Position numbers and translations under genes: made by a program. Positions 36,831-48,348 of a stretch of 64,000 bases of DNA are shown here, piece after piece (the stretch's first letter is position 1; every line of letters begins with the position of its first letter). This DNA is from Scenedesmus sp. PABB004 (Eukaryota): positions 620,001 through 684,000 of the forward strand of contig CM026548.1 in assembly GCA_014905635.1 (NCBI GenBank), read 5' to 3'. The notes beneath the pieces were generated by a model. The model was not told where the DNA came from and made no database searches. It saw only the letters and a list, made by a program, of their open reading frames with translations.

Positions 36831-37678
36831 CGGCGGCGCCGCCGGCGCCGCGGGCGCGCCCGCGTCGCCGGCCGGGGCCCCGCGACGCAGGCCGGCGGCG
36901 CCGCCGCCGGCGCGCCGCCGCCGTCGCCGCGGGCGCCGGGCGCGGCGGCCGCCGGCGCGCCCCACGCGGCGCGCGCCTTGGCGAGGCGCTGGCTGTGCAG
37001 CAGCGAGTACTTGGCGATGGGCAGCGCCTCAATGACGGTCTGCGGCGTGCGCTTGCCGAGCGTCGTGCCCGCCGCGCTGACCGTCACGCCCAGCTCGGCG
37101 GCCTGGCGCATGCGGCGCGCGATGCGGCACATGCGGTAGCAGTGGCACCCCAGCAGGCCGGCCATGATGGCCAGCAGGAGGACGAAGGAAATGAGGTACA
37201 CGTGCGGCGGCAGCTGCAGCGTGCGGCGCTGCTGCCACGGCGCGAGCGCCTCGCCCGGCGGCGCCGCCTCCGCCCCGGGCGCGGGCGCGGGCGGCGCCGG
37301 CGCCGCGGGGCCGGGCGGCGGCGGCGCGGGGCCACCGGGCGCGGCGCCGCCGCCCGGCGGCGGCGCCGCCGCCGCCAGCGGCGGCTCCGGCGGCGGCGGC
37401 GGCGACTGCTGCTGCTGGTTTCCGGCGCCCGTCTGCGCCCCACCCGCCGGCAGGGCCTCGCCCGCCGGCAGCGCCGGCTGCTGCGCGGCGAGCGCGCGGC
37501 CGGCGCGCGGCAGCGGCAGCACAGCGACCGTTTCGCCGCCCGCGCCGCCAGCCGCGCCGGGGTCGGACAGGTCCCGCGACGCGCCCACGAGCAGCGGCGC
37601 GGTCAGGGCCAGCGCCAGCAGGAGTACTGCGGCCGCCCGGCCCCGCGCCGCGACGCGGGGCTGCGGGCGAGGGCGCAT
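35921..37678 (-). CDS. Signal peptide + Pro-rich ectodomain + TM + polyQ + RING-H2 E3 ligase; apparent 1-nt frameshift near 36880
   Basis: VLLLALALTAPLLVGA signal; TM VYLISFVLLLAIMAGLLGC; TPQTVIEALPIAKY; CAICFDDFAASDDVKQLPCGHFYHC|ACIDEWLVRDVTCPLC. Confidence 0.85.
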
Positions 37679-38927
37679 GGTGAACTCCGCCAGCGCAGCG
37701 CGCTGCGGCCACCGCGCGCCCACAGAGGTCGGGGGCGCAGCTCTAGGGAGCCAGGCGCCACGCGCCGAGGGTACTCGGCCTGCGGCGGGGCGGGAGGTGC
37801 GGGGCGGGTTGCATCGAACCCCCCCACGCGCACCGCGCACCGCGGGCTTCTGTCGCCCCGCCGAGGCTGGGGCGGGGGCTCAAAGCAAGCCCCCGGCGCC
37901 GCTGGCTGCAGCCCCCCTGGCCCCAGCGCGCCGCTGCTGCCGCGCGTCGCTGCTGCCGCGCGCGCCCGCCGCGCCCGGCCGCGCCGCGCGGTGCAAAGAC
38001 GCTGCACGCACCGGTCCTGTCGCTCTGCTGCCAGCCGTCGCCCAGGCAAGGCCGCCACAGCGGCCTCGCGAGCGCCTGTGGTGCTGCTGGACTCGACTCA
38101 ACTACGCGCGCGCCGCCTGGCTCTGCCCTGGTGCTGGAAGGGCGCTGGTGTGCACGCCGGTCTGGTGGGAGGCGGCGCGAAGGGGCAATTCTTGCGGCGC
38201 GGCGGCGGCGCCGCGGCGGTTCCAGGACGCACCGGCCGCGTGCGCGCAACGGCGGCATCAACGCCCGCCCCCCGCGCCGTCGCTCAACGTTCCGTGGCAC
38301 ACTGTTGCGCCAGGGGCTGCGGCGCGCGCGACGGGCCCGGCGCGGGCGCCGCCAGGCTGCGGCGCTTCCCTCGCCCCCGCCGCAGCGGTCCCCGCGCAAC
38401 GCGGCTGGCGCGCGGTTCTGCGCCACAACACCGCATCCCAGCTTCCTGCGCGGCGGGCGGGCTCTGGGGCCTTGCGCGCTTGCGCCGCGCTGCGCCGCCG
38501 CGCGCGCCGCCGCCGCCCGGTGGGGTCGCCGCGGCTGCCCGCGCTTCGTCCACACCACCACCACGCCGCGCCACACACTCCCGCAGCCGCCGCGCTCCTC
38601 CCGCGCCCGGCGATCGCGCCCGCTGCTGCTCGAGCAGGTGCGGCCCCGTGCGCCCGCCGCCCGGCCGTCCCGCCCAGATCCACGTGGCAGGGGAGAGATC
38701 CTGGCCACCGCGCCGGGTGCTGCCCGCAGCGGGCGCCCGCCGGCTGGGCTCCGCCGCGCGCCGGCGCGGCAGAGCCCAGATGCAGCGCCGCCGGGCCCGG
38801 CGGAGCGCCCTCGTACCCCTGGACGGCGCCCGCCAGCCCGCACCGCCCGCACGGCGCCTGCTGAGCGCCGCGCGCGCCGCCGTCCGCGGCGCTGCACGCA
38901 GGCCCCGCCGCCCAGCACACGCCCGCC

Positions 38928-40346
38928 ATGGCCCTCAGCGCCCGCCTCGCGAGCAACGCGTCCGCCGCGGCCAGCGGCCGCGGCGCCGCCACGCCGCCGC
39001 CGGCGCTGCCGCGCGGCCCCGCGCCGCCGCGCAGCGCCGCGGCGCCGCGCGCCGGCCGCGCCGCGGCGCCGTGCGGCGCCGCGGGCCGCGGCGCGTGCCT
39101 CGCTGTGCGCGCGGCGGGCACCAAGGCGCAGGAGGCGCAGCTGCGCTGGACGCAGCAGGTCAAGGACGGCAGCGTGATGAACGTGTCCAACAAGAGCGCG
39201 GGTGCGGCACGCGGCAGTCAGGGCCCGCAGCGCGTTGATCTGCAGCGCCGCGCCGCGCCGCAGCCCGCCCCGCCGCGCTCGCGCCCGCGCGTACGGCCCA
39301 CGCCGCCGCCGCCGCCGCCGCCGCCGCCGCGCCGCCGCCGCGGCGCCAGGCGAGCTGATGAAGGAGGGCTGGGTCCTGCTCGACGTGCGCCCGCCCGGCG
39401 AGGTCGCCAAGGTGCGCCCCCCGCGCGCACGCGCGGCAGGCCTGCGGCCGCGCGCCCGCCTCTCCGCCCTTGCCCTCCCTCCTCCTCGCGCCCGCGCCCA
39501 CGCCCCACGCGCCCGCGCCCGCGCCTCACGCGCCCGACGCGCCCAACGCGCCCGCGCCCGGCGCGCCCGCCCGCGCGCGCAGGTGGGCATCACCGGCGCG
39601 GTCAACGTGCCGCTGTACGTCGAGGACCCCTCCAACTCGGTCGGCAGCCTGCTCAAGAAGAGCGCGACGATCGGCACCGGCGGCTGGTGGCTCGGCGGCA
39701 CGCACATGATCCCAAACAACGACTTCATGGCCCAGGCGCGCCCCGCGCGGCGCGGCGCGGCGCGGCGCGGCGCGGCGTGTTGGTGCACGCCCGCGGCAGC
39801 GGCCGGCGCGCGGCAGAGGCCTCGGCCGCCGACCGCCGCCCCGCCGCCGCTGCCGGAACATGCATGCGCGCAGGTCGCGGCGCAGGTGCCCAAGGACACC
39901 CCCGTCATTGTGGCGTGCCAGAAGGGCCTGCGCAGCCTCGCCGCCGCGGAGCAGCTCAGCCGCGCGGGGTACCAGAAGCTCGCCTGGATCAACGGCGGCC
40001 TCGACACCGCGCGGCCCGGCGACCTGCCGACCACCAACGGCCGCGACGTGCGGTGAGCGAGGGCCCGGCCACGCCGCCGTCGCGCCCCCGCGGCGACCGT
40101 GCGCCGCGCCGCGCCGCGCCGCGCGCGCCGACGCGCCCGCGCGCGACCCGCCGCCGCAGCTACGCCGGCATCGGCGGCCTGAGCGAGGCGCTCGGCTGGA
40201 CCGAGGTGCAGCAGGAGGAGGGCGCGGGCGGGTTCATGGGCGGCGTCCAGAACATCTTCAAGATTGTGGCCCTCGTGCTCGCCGCCGACCTGGCGCTCTT
40301 TGCGTACGAGCAAGTCACCTACATGACCAGCGCCGGCGGGCAGTGA
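38928..40346 (+). CDS. STR11: Chloroplast rhodanese-like domain protein (STR11-like), 5 exons
   Basis: Transit peptide ending AVRAA; LLDVRP, GGWWLG, VIVACQKGLRSLAAAEQL, WINGG, RYAGIGGLSEALGWT; C-terminal TM helix. Confidence 0.9.
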   Translation: MALSARLASNASAAASGRGAATPPPALPRGPAPPRSAAAPRAGRAAAPCGAAGRGACLAVRAAGTKAQEAQLRWTQQVKDGSVMNVSNKSAGAARGSQGPQRVDLQRRAAPQPAPPRSRPRVRPTPPPPPPPPPRRRRGARRADEGGLGPARRAPARRGRQGAPPARTRGRPAAARPPLRPCPPSSSRPRPRPTRPRPRLTRPTRPTRPRPARPPARAGGHHRRGQRAAVRRGPLQLGRQPAQEERDDRHRRLVARRHAHDPKQRLHGPGAPRAARRGAARRGVLVHARGSGRRAAEASAADRRPAAAAGTCMRAGRGAGAQGHPRHCGVPEGPAQPRRRGAAQPRGVPEARLDQRRPRHRAARRPADHQRPRRAVSEGPATPPSRPRGDRAPRRAAPRAPTRPRATRRRSYAGIGGLSEALGWTEVQQEEGAGGFMGGVQNIFKIVALVLAADLALFAYEQVTYMTSAGGQ

Positions 40347-40819
40347 GCGCGCTACTGGGGCGGCGGGGAGTGAGAGCGCGCGGCGGCGGCGTGCGCAGCG
40401 CGGCGGCGGCGCGCGGGGCGGGGGGCGGGGGGCGCGCGATCGATGGCCAACGCCGGCGGCAAACGAGCGGGCACGTGCTGGGATGACCTGGCCTGTTTCA
40501 GCCGCAGGGGGGCTCAAAGCACTGTTATTGCACAGTTTGGCGCGATCGGCGCGTCGAGTCACTCGGCCCGAGTGGCAGCTCTGAACCACGAGCGGCGGCG
40601 GCGACACTTGGCTCCGCGCCGACCGCCTCCTGGCCGTGCGCACCGCCTGCACCGCCACCCGCACCAGCCGGCCGCGGGCGAACACGCCGCCGCAGCAGCA
40701 GCAGCAACAGCGCACAGCGGCGCCGCTGGGCGCTCTCGCCGCTGCCAGCGCGCGCGCCGTTGCGCCATCGCGGCCTGCGAAAGCTGGACGGTCGATCCAT
40801 TGGCTGCGCCACTCACGCC

Positions 40820-42168
40820 ATGCTGCCGGGCGGCCTGCAGCGCGGCGGGCGCTGCCAGGTGTGCCTGTCCGCCGCGCCCGGCGCCCGCCCCTGCTGGTCC
40901 GGCCGCGCGCGGCGCTCACGCGTCATCCCCGACGCCACCTCCGTCACGCGCAGGCAGCGGCGGGCGCCGGTGCCCCGGCGCGGCCGCGGCTGGCGGCGGC
41001 GCAGCGGCGCGCCGGTGCGTGCGCGCGCGCTCGCGGCCGCCCCGCCCGCCCCTGCGTCGCCCTCCCCAACCCCAGCCTCCCGTCCCGCAGGGGTGTCGGC
41101 GGTGTCGGCACGCTCTGCCGCGTTCGGGCAGCAGCTGCGCGGCGGCGCCGCCAACGGCCGGCGCTGGGCGATGGGCCGCTGGCTGGACAACCGGTGCGCC
41201 GCGGCGCGCCCGCTGCGGCACGGCGCGGTGCGGCGCGCGGCCAGCGGCGCCCGCACACCCTGCCGCGCCCCGCGCCGCGCCGCGCCGCGCAGCGCCGAGG
41301 TCGAGGTGCCCGTCCCGCTGGAGGTGTGCTGGGCGCTGTGGGACGACCGCGCGCGCATCCCGCAGTGGATGCCCTGGATCAAGAGCGTCGCGGTGCAGGC
41401 GGACAACCCCGCGCTCAGCCGCTGGACGCTCGCGACGCACCAGTTTGGCCGGTGCGCGCGCCCGCCGCCGCCGGCTGCTGTGCTGCCGCGGCCGCTGCCG
41501 CCGCCGCCGCCGCCGCGGCAGACGCCGACGGCGCGGCGCCCTCGCCTGCGCCCGCGCCGCAGCGACTGGGAGTTCTCGTGGCTCGCGCGCAACCTCGCGC
41601 CCGTGCGCAACCAGAAGCTGCACTGGGTCAGCGAGCCGGGCAGCGCAAGCATGGGTCTCAACATCAACAACCGCGGCCAGATCAGGCGCGCCCTTGCAGG
41701 ATCAGCGGCGCGGCGCGCCGGGCCGCGCCGCCCGCAGCGGCGCGGCGCGCGGCGGCCGGCGTGTGCCCGGCGCGCCGCGAGGGCAGCCGCCGCGCCGCCG
41801 CGCAGGTTTGTGCGCCGGCCGTTGGGGTGCGTCGTCAGCCTCAGCATCAGCTACGAGGTGCCGGAGGTCCTCGCGCCCTTTGCCAACGTGAGCGCGGCCG
41901 GCCGCGCAGCGTGGTGGTGCCGGGGCGCGCGGGGCCTGGCGCCAGCCGCGGCGTGCTGCCCCCTGCGCATGCGGTGTGCGCAGCGCGGACGGACGGGACC
42001 CCTTGCCAGCGCGCGCGCCGCCGCCCCGCCCGCCGCGCCGCGCCGCGCGCGCAGGCGCTGACGCCGGTCGTGGAGGGCGTCATCGGCGGCGACATGCAGC
42101 GCTTCCGCCAGTACGCCATCTCATACGCCGCCGCGCAGGCGAGCTCGCAGCAGGCGCCCCGGGCGTGA
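40820..42168 (+). CDS. START/SRPBCC (polyketide cyclase/dehydrase-like) lipid-binding protein, probably plastid
   Basis: AEVEVPVPLEVCWALWDDRARIPQWMPWIKSV, SRWTL, EFSWLARNLAPVRNQKLHWVS, NRGQIRF, ISYEVPEVLAP, DMQRF. The exact start is less certain. Confidence 0.85.
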
Positions 42169-42816
42169 GCGGCGCGGCGCGCGGCCGCCGCGGCCGGCGC
42201 GCGGGAGCGGCTCGCGGCTTTTTGGTGGGTTTCGCGGCGCCGGCCGGAGCAGGGCTGCTGGGATGAGCGCACACAGGGACTGCCGCCGCCGCCGTGGTGA
42301 GGGGAGTGGTCCGCGGGCGCGGACGAGGGCAACGAAGCAGCGCGTACGTCGCTGTTGTTACTGCGCGGCAGCAGCGCGGCGGCGGCCGCCCAATCGCAGC
42401 GGCGCCGCCAGCCGACCGCGCGCTCCTGCCGCCGTCATCGCCAGTCCTCAACCGCGCCGGCGGGCGATGTGCCGCGCCCGCCGCTTCGTGACGCAAACCA
42501 AAAATGCTGCTGCTGCTGCGGCCGCCGAGCGGCGCAAGAAGAATGCTAGTCGCCGGCGCCCCGCCGCGCCCGCGCCGCCACTGTGGCCGGCGCGCGCGCG
42601 TGCGCCCGGCAGGATGAGGCCAGACCGTCGCCGCCCCACACGCCTGCGCGCCCCGCGCGGGCGCGGCGCCGCGCAATGCCGCGCGCCGCCGCCCGGCGGG
42701 GCGGTGCGATGCTGCGCACCGCGCCCATACCCACCACGGCCCCACGGTGAGAGCTCTCATCATCATCACACCCAAACGCGCGGCCGCCGCTGCGCCCGGC
42801 CTCACGCCCGGGGGCC

Positions 42817-45800
42817 TCACGCCCGGCGCAGCTGCGGCTGCTGCTGCGGCGGGCCCTGGCCGCCCCCCGCGGCGCCCCCCTCCTGGTCGGCCTCCTCCTC
42901 CTCGGCCTCGATTTTGGCGAGGACGCGCGTCGCGCGCGAGAGCATGCGCTGGCTGCGCAGGCAGAAGCTCGCGCTGTGCAGCTCCTGCAGCTCCTGCAGC
43001 CGCCGCCAGAGCGGCGGCGCGGGGAGCCACTGCAGGCTCGACATCGCCCACAGCGTCATCGCGAGGTGCGCGGGCGTGAACGACGCGAGGTGCGCGGCGA
43101 GCTGGTCGTCAAAGGCCACCATCCACGCCTCCGCCGGCGTGTAGTGCAGCGTCGCGAGCGCCCACAGCGTGTTGGCGAGCGCCTGCGGGCCGAAGCTTGG
43201 CATCTGCGCCGCGGCCGCGGCCGCAAAGACGTCGAGCCAGGGCTGCGGCGGGCGGAACTCGAGGCGCGCGAGGCTGACCGCGAGCATGGAGAGCTCCTGC
43301 GCCGAGAAGCCGGACATGCGGACCTGCGGGGGAGGCAGAGGGAGGAGGGCGGGAGGAGGGCGGGAGGGAGGAGGGCGGGCGGCGGCGGCGCGGTCGGTCG
43401 CCGGAGCGGCGGGGCGCGCGAGCGCAACGGCAGAGCGCGGCGGCGGCGCGGGCGGCCCGCAGCCACGGCGGCGGCTCGGCGCACGGCCCGCACCTGCGTA
43501 GCCACCAGCAGCTTCACGACCCAGGCCTTGGGCGGCGGCGTGGCGCTGTTGCCGACGGCCCACATGAGCATCGAGAGGCCCTTGGGGCTGAGCTGCCGCG
43601 CCTGGCTGAAGCAGTGCTGCAGCGCGGCGCCCATGAGCCGCAAGTCGGGCTGGCCGCGCAGCCGCGCGAGCGCCCAGAGGCTGACGGCGAGCTCGTTGGG
43701 CCCGTACTCGGGCAGCCGCGCCGCCATGAGGGCGCAGCACTCGCGCAGCAGCGCCTGCGCGGCGCGGTGCGGCGCGGCGCGGCGCGCTGTGAGCTGGCGC
43801 GGGGCGCGGCGCGGGGCGCAGCTGGCCTGCCTGGGCGGCGGCCCCGCGGCGCGGCGGGGCCTCGCGGCGGCGGCGGCGCACCCGCTCGGCCTTGCAGTTG
43901 AGCACCGCGAGCGCCCAGAGCACGTTGGTGAGCTCCTGCGGCTTCATCGCCGGCGCGGCGGCAAACACGTCCTCCTGGTACTTGGACAGCCAGTCCCTGC
44001 GGTGTGAGCGAGTGCCGTGACGCAGGCGTGCGTGAGCGCACAGGGGCGGCGGCGAGCGCTCGCGACGGCAGGACGCGGCGGCCAGCGCGCGGGCGGGCAC
44101 GCTGCGGGGCGCGGGGGCGCGGCGCGCGCGCGCGCACCGGTCCGGGCGGTGCCCGAGCTTGGCGAGCGCCCAGCCCAGGTTGGCGAGGTGCTGCGGCGAG
44201 GGCGCGCGCTGCGCCTGGCGGCGCCCGACCTCACGCAGGTGCTGCGCCAGCCACGCGGGCTCGGGCGCCGTGCCGAGCGACGCGAGCGCCCAGAGCATGT
44301 TGGTCAGGTCCTGGCTGTTGGCGCCGCCCATCTGCCGGAAGCTGGCGACCTGGAAGCTTGCCAGCCACTGCCCGCCCGGCCGCACGCCGCGCTTGGCGAG
44401 GCACCACAGCCACTGCGACAGGTCGCGGCTGGACGCCGAGCCGAAGCAGCCGCGCGTCGCGGCGAGCCAGCCCTCCATCCACGCGCGGGGGATGGCCAGC
44501 GCCGTGCCGCCGCCGGCGTCGGCCGCGGCAGCGGCGCTCGCCGGCCCCGCCATGCGGACCTGGCTCCACAGCAGGATGCTGAGCTCTGCCGGGCCCGCCA
44601 GCGGCAGCAGCGGCAGCGACGCCGCCTGCAGCAGCGCCGCGAGCTGCGACAGCGCGTCGGGCGCGCTCCCGCCCGCGCCGTCGGCCGCCGGCGCCGACGC
44701 GGAGCCAGACAGCTGCCGTGGCGGACGCACCGGCGACGGCGAGCGGCTGCCGCCGCGCACGCGCACCGGGGACGTCGCCCTGCTGCCGCCAGCGCCAGCT
44801 GCAGCGCCGCCACCCGCCGCTGCGGGGGCCGCGGCGAGGGCGGGCTCGGTCGCGCACAGCAGGGCGGTGGTGTGCATGAGGCCGGCCAGCTCGTAGATGT
44901 TGAACGCCGGCCCGCCGTCCGCCTGCTCGCCGCCCGGCGCCTGCTGCGCCTGCAGCAGCGCCGCCGCGCGGGCGAGCCCCAGCTCCAGCAGCTCCTGGCC
45001 CTGCCGGCCGCGGTTGTTGAGCCGCGCCAGCGCCCACAGCACGTTGGAGAGGCCCTGCGCGGTCAGCGCGCCCACGCCGCGCTCAAGCAGCGGCTGGCAC
45101 GCGTCGACCACCCACTGCTGCGGCGGCTGCACGCCCAGCCGCGCCGCCGCCCAGAGGCAGTTGACGAGCGCCTGCGGCGTCATCGCCGGCAGCAGCATGC
45201 GGCTGGCGGGCCAGAAGCTCGCCAGCCAGGCTTTGCTGGGCGTGTGCTCGAGCACCGCGAGCGCCCACAGCGTGTTGGCGGCGCCCTGCGGCGTCGCCGC
45301 CGCGGGGTGCGCCGCCGGCGCGGCGAGCAGCGACGCCATGCACGACGCGACCGGCGCCACGCCGAGCGCCGCGAGCGCCCACAGCGTGACCGACACGCCC
45401 TGCGCGCTCATGCCGCGCGCCGCGACGCGCTCGAGGTGCTGCAGCAGCTGGTTGAGCCAGCCCGCGCTCGGGCGCTGCCCAAGCGTCGCGAGCGCCCACA
45501 GCGCGTTGCTCACGCTCTGCCCGTCCCAGCCGCGCAGCGCGCTGCCCTCCGCCGCGCCCAGCAGCGCCGCGCCGGCGGCGGCGAGCGAGTTGGCCGCCGC
45601 GCTGCCCTCCGCCGCGGCCTTGCTGAAGCTCGCGGCTGCCCACAGCAGCGTCGCGAGGTCGCGGGGGCTGCCGGGCGCCATGATGCCGCGGCTGCTCACC
45701 GCCGACGCAAACGCCGACAGCCACGCCGTGCTGGGCTGCACGCCCAGCGCGGCGAGCGACCACGCCAGCGTCGACAGGTCGCGCGCGCCGACCGGCGGCT

Positions 45801-47395
45801 GCGCCGGCGGCGGCGGCGACTGCGCCGACTGCTGCGACTGCGCCGGCTGCTGCTGCGGCTGCGACGGGTGCTGAGACTGCGCCGGCGCGCCGCCGTCCTC
45901 GGCGCGCGCCGCCTTGGCCTGCTGCCGCGCCGCCTGCGCGTGCAGGCGCTCCTGCAGCAGCGCCTGCGTGCCGTCCTGCAGCCACGCGACCGCGTCGGCC
46001 GCCTGCTGCTCCGGCAGCAGCGGCCGCAGCGCGACCAGCGCGTACGCGAGCTGCGCCGCGTGCATGAGCGCGTGGCAGCGCCCGGCCGGCGCGACGGCGG
46101 CGTCGCGCGCCGCGTGCGCCTCGGCCGCGCCGGCCGCGAGCGCGCGGGCGTACAGCCCGCTCACCCACTCGGCGCTCGGCGGCGCGACGGCGACGAGCCG
46201 GGACGCCGCCCAGAGCACGTTGCAGGCCTGGCGGTACTCCAGGGCCGGCTGCGCGGCAATGCCGGCCTGCAGCTGCGCGACAAACGCGGCGACCGCGGGG
46301 TCGGCCGCCGCCTGCTGCTGCTGCTGCTGCTGCTGCGCCGGGGCGGGCGCGAACGTGTGCTGCAGCGCCACCAGGCGCGTGAGGCTGGCGCAGAGGTGGA
46401 TGGCGCTGAGGTGCGGCGCGTGCTCCTGCACGATGCTCTGCACCTGCCGCCAGTGCTCCGCGCGCGTGATGGCACGCGTGATGCCCGCGCCCGCCGCCGG
46501 GCTGGCCACCGCGTCCAGCAGCAGCGCGGCCGGCAGGCCGCCCACGCCCCGGGCGGCGGCGCGCGTGCGTCGCGCGGCAGCGGCCCCAGCAGGAACTGGC
46601 GCTCGAGCAGCTGCCGCGCCGCGACTGCGCCGCCGAGGCCGGCGCCGCCCGGCAGTTCGCCCGCGCCGGGCGCCCAGGCGAGGTCGGCGTCAAACAGCAG
46701 CGCCGGCGGCGCGCCCGGCAGCGCGCCGCGCGGCTGCTGCTGCGGCTGCGCCGCCGCCGCCGCCTGCTGCGGCGCGTCCCGCCGCAGCGGCCGCGGCGCC
46801 TGCGGGTCCAGCAGCGGCCGCTGCTGCGGCCGCGGGCGCAGGCCCGCGATGGTCAGGCCCTCCGCCGGAGCCTCGGGCTGCGGCTCGAGCTTGTGCCGCC
46901 GGAACTGCCGCGCCAGGCGGCGCCGCGCCTGCGGGCCGCGGCGGCGCGCGTGAGCGGCGGCTGCGGCGGCCGCGGCGGCCGCATGCATGTGGCGCTCCGA
47001 CCGGAGCCCCGGCCTCACCTCTGCCGTGTCGTCGGCGCGCACGTCGGAGGAGGCCACGCCCTGCGCGCGCACACACCTGCGGCAGCGGCGGAGCAGCGCC
47101 GCCGGCGGCGCGCGCGGCACCTCAGCGCCCGCCAGGCGCGCCCGCGGATGCCGTAGCTGCTGGCGGCGGCACTGGGGCCGCGGTGCCCCGCCAGGCGGGG
47201 CCCCGGCGCGCCAATGCGAGGCGCCCCGGCGCCGCGGCGCGGCCAGCCACTCGCTGCGCGCAGGGCCCGCCGCCCGCCTCACCGCGAGCGACCGCGGCGC
47301 GTGGTCAGCGCGGAGAGCGAGGATTCCACGTCGCGGCTGGCGGGCAGGCCGCGGCCCGCGCCGCGAGCCAGGCCGGCACCGGCGCTGGCGGCCAT
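42817..47395 (-). CDS. Large octotricopeptide repeat (OPR) protein, probably chloroplast RNA-binding; apparent 1-nt frameshift near 46548
   Basis: Spliced N-terminus MAASAGAGLARG...RSR|CVRAQG (transit-peptide-like), then many ~38-aa repeats of the type PQALVNCLWAAARLGVQPPQQW, SQDLTNMLWALASLGTAPEPAW, PQALANTLWALATLHYTPAEAW. Confidence 0.9.
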
Positions 47396-48023
47396 CCCGC
47401 GAGCGCTGCGCCTGGCGCCGCTGTGCACGCGCGTGATTGCGTGGGAGTCGGTGGGCGCCGGCCGCAGCGCGCCGGGCCGCTGCGTTCACTGCGCCGGCGC
47501 GCAGCTGTGGCTGCTGCTGCTGCTGCTGCTCTCCCCAGGCCGACAGAGCGCCGCGGGCGCGCGTGAGGAGGCAGGTGTGAGCGCGGCCAGGGCGGTGCGC
47601 GCGCCCGCCTGCGGCGGCGGGCTCGGCTGCGCGCGCGGCGGGGTTCAGGGTCGGTGGGCAACGCTCGTCTCTCGTTGCCAACGCGCCGCCCGCCCCAACC
47701 GCCCGCACGGCAACATGCACAGCCTCCCCCCGTGCGGCGCCGCGCCAGCGCACGGCAGCGGGTGCCTGCGCAGCCTGGGAGCTGCGCTGCCGCCGCACGC
47801 GCGGCGCGCGTGGGACGACGAAGAAAAGAGGCGAACGCGCACGCGCCGCCCCGTGCGCCCCGCTCGCCCGCGAGCCTCGCCTGGCCTAGGCCCCTGCCGC
47901 GCCGGCAGGAGGGAGCTGTCCGAAAGCGCCCGTACACACGTCTGCGCGCGCGCCCGCGCACGCGCGCCGCCTGCTGCCGCTGCAGCCGACGGCGCGCGTG
48001 CGCGCCCCGGGGCCGCGGCGCGC

Positions 48024-48313
48024 TCAGAAGTCGTCACTCCAGAGCTCGCTGTCGCCGCTCTCGCTCGGCTCCTCCAGCTCCGTGAGGTTGACCTGCGCGG
48101 CGGCGGCGGCCGGGCCGGGTGAGGCAGCGGCCCGGCCGCGCCGCGCCCGCACGGCGCCCCCGCCCCCGGCGAGACGAGCCCGGCGAGGCCGCCGCGCTCT
48201 CTCTGGCGGCGCGGCGCGGGCACCACCCCGCGCCGCACACCTGGTACCGCAGCACGCCGCCGATGCCGCCAAAGCCGCGGCAGAACTGGCTGCCCTCCTG
48301 GGACCTGCGCGCC

Positions 48314-48348
<35 letters not shown>

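Noticed and set aside
47880..48026. Plant-like eRF1 readthrough/NMD autoregulatory 3'UTR
   Set aside because: Stop context is TGA-G rather than the leaky TGA-C, and I could not support a 3'UTR intron.
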